In this document: positions 59,067 through 64,000 of the stretch, piece after piece
Numbering within the stretch: the stretch's first letter is position 1
How the letters are laid out: each line of letters opens with the position of its first letter
Assembly (NCBI GenBank): GCA_973895155.1
Contig: OZ316891.1
Coordinates: 25,295,899-25,359,898, forward strand
Origin: Marsupella aquatica
Lineage: Eukaryota; Plantae; Marchantiophyta
Direction: 5' to 3'
Length of the DNA: 64,000 bases
The notes under the pieces: model-generated
What the model was told of the DNA's origin: nothing
Databases searched by the model: none
Seen by the model: only the letters and a program-made list of their open reading frames with translations
Program-made: the position numbers and the translations under genes

Positions 59067-61091
59067 GTGGACCTTAGCGACGACGACGAACCTACCCCAC
59101 CCTTGCTCAGGCGGCCAAGAGGAGCAAGCACTCGGGGGGCTGACACTACATCGTCCCCTCCTCGGACCCACGGAGTGGCTCCAACAGACAACACGGTGAC
59201 CGTGGCTGCCCCGGGCCCATTACTAACGGCGGTAGCACTACCTGTGCCCGCTAGAGAGGATGGGGAGGTGTCACCATCCTTGAGCCAGCCACGGGGGAAG
59301 AAGAGGAAGGAACCCACCACTGCATCCGGGTTACCATTGGCCACGGTAGCCGTGGCCAAGGTGACAATGCACCGCATGGGGGAAAACATGCATAACAACA
59401 TCCTCCATCCCAAGCATGCGGTGTACCTGAAGACTCAGGGATTTGAGCACCTCACCTCTCTCCCCTGGAACACTTGCAGGTACTACGGGGAGGACATGAC
59501 AGAATTCATCAAGAATTATGACGACGTACGTCAACAGACTCGGCTGCGGGGAAGGAATATGTCCCTCACGGAAGAACGGCTCAAGATGATCTTCGGACTA
59601 CCCGAAGGTGACCATCGAGTCGAATCACGGGCTCCCGGGGGCAAGGGAGCCAAGTACCAATCCTCAAGTTTTCCTTCGGAGGGAGCAGTGGACAACGGGT
59701 TCGTGATGAGGACCTGCCTCATGCCCGAGATAGCTGAGCGGCTGGAGTTCCAAAGGTACGCTCTCCACATGATGGAACCCCGGGGGGAGATCTCCGCCGC
59801 CCAGGTTATCCAGGTCAAGAACTATCGACCCAGGAGGTGGGCGTCGTACTTCGCTAAGAAATTCCATGAAGAGATGGAGCGGCGAAAGAAGACGCTATAT
59901 ATTGGCGGGAAGGCATATTTCGCTAGCCACATCGAGATCATTCTTGAGTGGTACGCTCGGTTTGATCGACGAACCCTTCCCCGTGTCAACGTTGCAAGGC
60001 TGGTCCCCGCTAGGTGGGTGTTCCCGGCCTTGGAGAGATGGCCCCAACCCGAGGCACGAAGTCCAACGGACACACAGGCTTCACCCACCCCACCCCCGCA
60101 AGTAGCTGTAGTCGTGACCGAGGAGGTACCGGATGGGTCAGTTATCGCAACCGTAGATGCGATCCAACAGGTCGGGCTAAGTACAGAAGTTAGTACAACG
60201 GAGGTCTTACTCAAGCCCGGACCTTCCAATGACCCGGCGGTGGCTATTCTGGAGAACCGGACACCGCAGCAGCAGGACACTCCAGCCCCTTCCAACGCGT
60301 CACCAGGGCTGGATGTCACTGCCCCGGCCCCCGCGCGTGTTGACGTCTGCCCGTGCCCAACTCCGGACAGGCACAACCTGGACCACCCAGAACTCTTCGT
60401 ACCGGGCACATTTCTGAATGGGCTCCTGAGAGATTTCTCTCATCAAATTGCCCGGGATACCGGGGAGTTCATGGCCCGAAAGGTAGCCTGTTTCTTCAAT
60501 CAGGAGTTGGTTGCCGTAGTAAAAGCCGGTCAGGCCCAGTCGGAGGCCCTTCAGAGGATAGAGCGATACCGGGAGGAGTCCGTATACTTAAAGAATGAGG
60601 TTGCGGCTAAGGAGGCGGAGCTTCTACAACTATGACCCAAGGTCGCAGCCGCCGACAAGTCGTTAGCAAAGGCGCACGCCCTTACCGCCCTAGCCGAGCA
60701 GGCCAAAGCAGGGAACGAGGCCGAGATTTCACGGCTCCGATCCCAGATTGACAGTTTGAAGAAACAAACTGTCATCTGGCAGAAAGACTTGGAGGAGGCC
60801 AAAGAACGAGCCCAGCGGGACACTACGGAAATAGCCACGCTACAAGCCGAAGTAACGCGGCTTCAGACAAAAGCCGATAAGCAGGACCAGTTGGTAGGCA
60901 AGCTGACGAGCGACGCCCAGCAGCTGGAGGAGGCATGCCAGGAGGCAGCGGAGGAGACGGACGCGGCGAAGCGAGAGAACGAATCTCTGCTAGACCAAGT
61001 CCAGCTCCTCAAGTCGGACAACGACAGGCTTTGCAGACAGCGGGAAGACCGCTCCCACTCGGGTGGCTCTGGCAAGCGTGCCAGACATTAG
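59067..61091 (+). pseudogene. Accessory ORF upstream of gag (Pro-rich and coiled-coil), one in-frame TGA at 60633
   Basis: 522-aa and 111-aa ORFs in one frame; heptad-rich C-terminus; no enzyme motif recognised. Confidence 0.55.
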
Positions 61092-62236
61092 CGGCGGAGT
61101 AGGAATAGAATAGGGTTAGGAGTAGCTAAAGTCAGGCTATTGGGACAGGCACCTACCTTAGTTACAGCAGCACTGCTGTGCTGTCCAGCCTGCGTAGATT
61201 AGGATCTTCTAATAAGACACGGCCGTTTTTTGGCCTGACGGTCAGATTAGTTAGGACCTAAGTCAGCGGATCTTCGGGCGGGAGGACACTCCGTTCCCCG
61301 GCCCTTAGTATTTAGTGCACCCCTCGGTAGAGGCAAGGGGGGGGGTTTTTAGTCTCAGAGTTGGACATCCGTGGTATGTGCGGGGAGTCCCGACCTCTGG
61401 GAATGAAAGAGTACCAAGGGGAGGGGGTAGGACTAAGCTCGCCGGGTGAGTGCGGAGCCGGGCTCCGTTGTAGTATACTCTCTCGGCCTTGAACCTATTC
61501 ATTCTGGAGTTAACAGGTCAACCAAGTGTACACACATGTCCCCTATGTAGTAAAATCCTTTCCCATTATTTCCTTTGTGTAAATCGAGATTGTATGCTTG
61601 TGCGCGTGTATGTGTGTGTGTGAATCTTGTGTATAGGTGACAATGCCGGGCCGAACGCACTACCTGAGTCGTGCACGGGGTGCAGCCTGCGGGTATGTGG
61701 TTGCGAGCACGGGTTGAGGACCTATATCATAGAATCCGGATCGAAGGCGGACAACACGAAGGCTTAGAAGTCCTTAAGCCGGGGTCGATCCTATTATCGA
61801 CTAAGGTATGTTCCGGCAGCGGAACACAAACCATACCTAGGAGATGTCCGTATCTAACAGTAGGCGCACTTAGTGCTAGTTTTTGTGAATTAGGTGCATG
61901 ACGCGCTTCCCTCCCTGCCCGAACCCTCATTTTTACAAAGGAGATGCCCGTTTAAAGCTGAAGCCTGAGTTACGGCCAAGGCGGATGATGTGACATAGCC
62001 TTTGTTTTTGGCGCTAGATGGAGGGGGCACTCTACATATTGTAGAGGGGGACCGTGGGCGTATTCACCTGGGCAAAAGACATCAGGCCCTAGTACTAGTC
62101 ATCGCATTTACATGAGTAAATGCCCGTCACTCGTTCGCAAGCAGCTTACTTGAGAAGATTGACCAGCGAAGGAGAAGGTGCGACCACAACAAGCTCCGAT
62201 TCGTCGGGCTCGGAGGACTCGCAGTCGCCCCGACGA

Positions 62237-64000
62237 ATGAACATACCACCGGGACCTTCGGGGTCCGGTGCGACCGGTCCTACTGCGGTTCCTGCACCAC
62301 CACCGCCTCCACCTATGGCAGCCGCACCACCGATGGCCCATGTTGCCCAAGCTCCTCCACAAATTTTGCAACGATTGCAATTTCATTATCGACCTTTTAA
62401 AGGGTGTCACGGGGATGATCCGGATGAATGGTTGGATGAGTTTGAGGCCACTGCTAAAGCTAACGGGGAAGACGCCATTAAGCTAACCGTCCTCCCCGGA
62501 GTGATGCGGGGAGAAGCTCGTCCATGGTACAACTTGCTGCCACCCGGGACTACATGTGCACAATTCCAAGCTGCGTTGCTGCAAGAATTTTGTGCTATTG
62601 GATCCGAGCAACGTTCTTTATTAAAGATCGGCCAGCTTCGCATGGGAAAAAAGGAGTCCCTGCAAAAGTTCATCCAGAAATTTCAGAAGCTTGCGGCCAA
62701 GATACGGCCCAGGCCGGGTGACGCACTCCAGCTTACATGGTTCCTCCATGGCTTGCCCACGAATATTCAATTCTGGGTGCGCCAGAATAATCCAATTTCA
62801 ATGCAAGCGGCCATAGCGTGCGCCGAAACATACCGGGAGTCCACATATAACTCCCGACGGAGCCAGCGGGCACGCCGCAAGAAGGGAAAGTACGAGACCT
62901 TTAGTGACAGTGACTCTGAAACGGATGACGAGAAGAAGAAAAAATGCAAAAAGAAGAAGAAACATTGTTTGACCTCGTCCTGTTCGGAGACGGAGTCTAG
63001 TTCAGATTCAACTTTGAACAGCGGGACCTCCGCCTCCAGCTCATCAGGAAGTGATTCGGAAAGTGAGAGCCGGAGCAAGAAGAAGAAAAGGCGGGTTAAG
63101 AAGGAAGGGAAAATCAAACCCCGTACTCCAAGAACGATACCCGATCCAAAGGCTTCCGAAGCAGACAAGCTTAACAAAATCACGGATCGCCTCAAAGCAC
63201 TGTCAGTACATCTCGCGGAAAAGCCGGTGGAGAAGAAGAAGCCATCTGAGATTCGAGCCCATGCATGGTGTTCAAAGTGCTTCCAATTCGGGCATGTCAT
63301 GCAGGAATGCCCAAGATGGAAGAACCGAGTTCACCAGGTGGAATTAGATGATGTCGACAACCCGGGACCTGAAGCGGAGTCCACGGAGTATTTCTTTGAA
63401 GACCCTCCTGATTTGGTGTATCAGATTTCAACGGTGGGTCCGCGTAATTTAGCAGGTAGAACTGCATACCCCTACCCAAACAATGGCCGAGGCGTCCAAG
63501 TTATCAGTAACCCTAGCATTCCACCCAAACCAGGGATTTGGCGATCCCCGGTTTGTTACAACTGTGAGAAGCCAGGCCATTTCGCGAGGGAATGCACAGA
63601 ACCAAGACGCCAGGGGGATGGCCGTGGCACGCCACTTTGTCAAGTCTGCAAAACGGAAGCTCATTCCACGGCCAACTGTCCATTGGTAATGGCCGCTCGA
63701 ACAAATGCAGCAAGACCAGCCCAGGGCGGACCGGCCTCGAGTGATGCGGTCGTCCAAATGATTGCGGTGGAATGGCAAGATGACAATACCAAGTGGGTGA
63801 TTCTGGTGGACGTGGCGGAGCACCCTAATCCATCTGACGAGGCGGAGTGCTATCGTGTGTCAACAAGAGCCGAACGGAAGGAAGAGAAGCAGGAAGAGAA
63901 GCAGGAAGAGAAACGCAGGAAAAAGCAAGATACTACTCCGGTGCAGCCAGTGATAGACATACCCCCGGAGAAGGACAATGACTACCGAAGGGACGACCCG
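62237..64000 (+). pseudogene. Retrotransposon Gag with several zinc knuckles (frameshifted)
   Basis: DDPDEWLDEFE, GEARPWY, WFLHGLP, CSKCFQFGHVMQEC, CYNCEKPGHFAREC. Confidence 0.85.

Larger units (their letters stand above)
58003..64000 (+). mobile_element. 5' part of a Ty3/gypsy-type element with an extra ORF, inserted in Bianca RT and running off the window
   Basis: Abrupt break of Bianca RT at GYKW, TGTGAC start, TATAAA near 58361, downstream gag. Confidence 0.7.

Overview
Eukaryotic DNA, most likely heterochromatin of a seedless land plant (inferred from GT-AG introns, plant-type retroelements and premature stops that fit CG/CHG deamination). It is almost entirely nested transposable elements, and I see no ordinary host gene. 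Removing the younger insertions at their target-site duplications (TSDs) exposes a backbone that repeats one module twice: a minus-strand DUF7869/Sola-like DDD transposase, arrays of module-specific palindromes with about 90-bp period, and a long spliced plus-strand gene reconstructing as ParB/Srx-like domain + beta-class amino (N4C/N6A) DNA methyltransferase + acidic linker + Ulp1/C48 protease (A: 14312-19536; B: 30011-45681, MTase degenerate). Gene B is interrupted by a Ty3/gypsy element (32065-41633) that carries a C5 cytosine methyltransferase between PR and RT and a PHD finger after INT. That element also has a likely self-priming PBS and circularly permuted repeats (A...B-A-B) despite a DDE integrase and a 4-bp TSD. 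Also present: a full-length Tork-like copia, a full-length and a fragmented Bianca copia, an L1-type LINE with a solo LTR, a CACTA end, two MITEs and a gypsy with an extra ORF running off the right edge. All domain calls are from motif recognition by eye; no searches were run.
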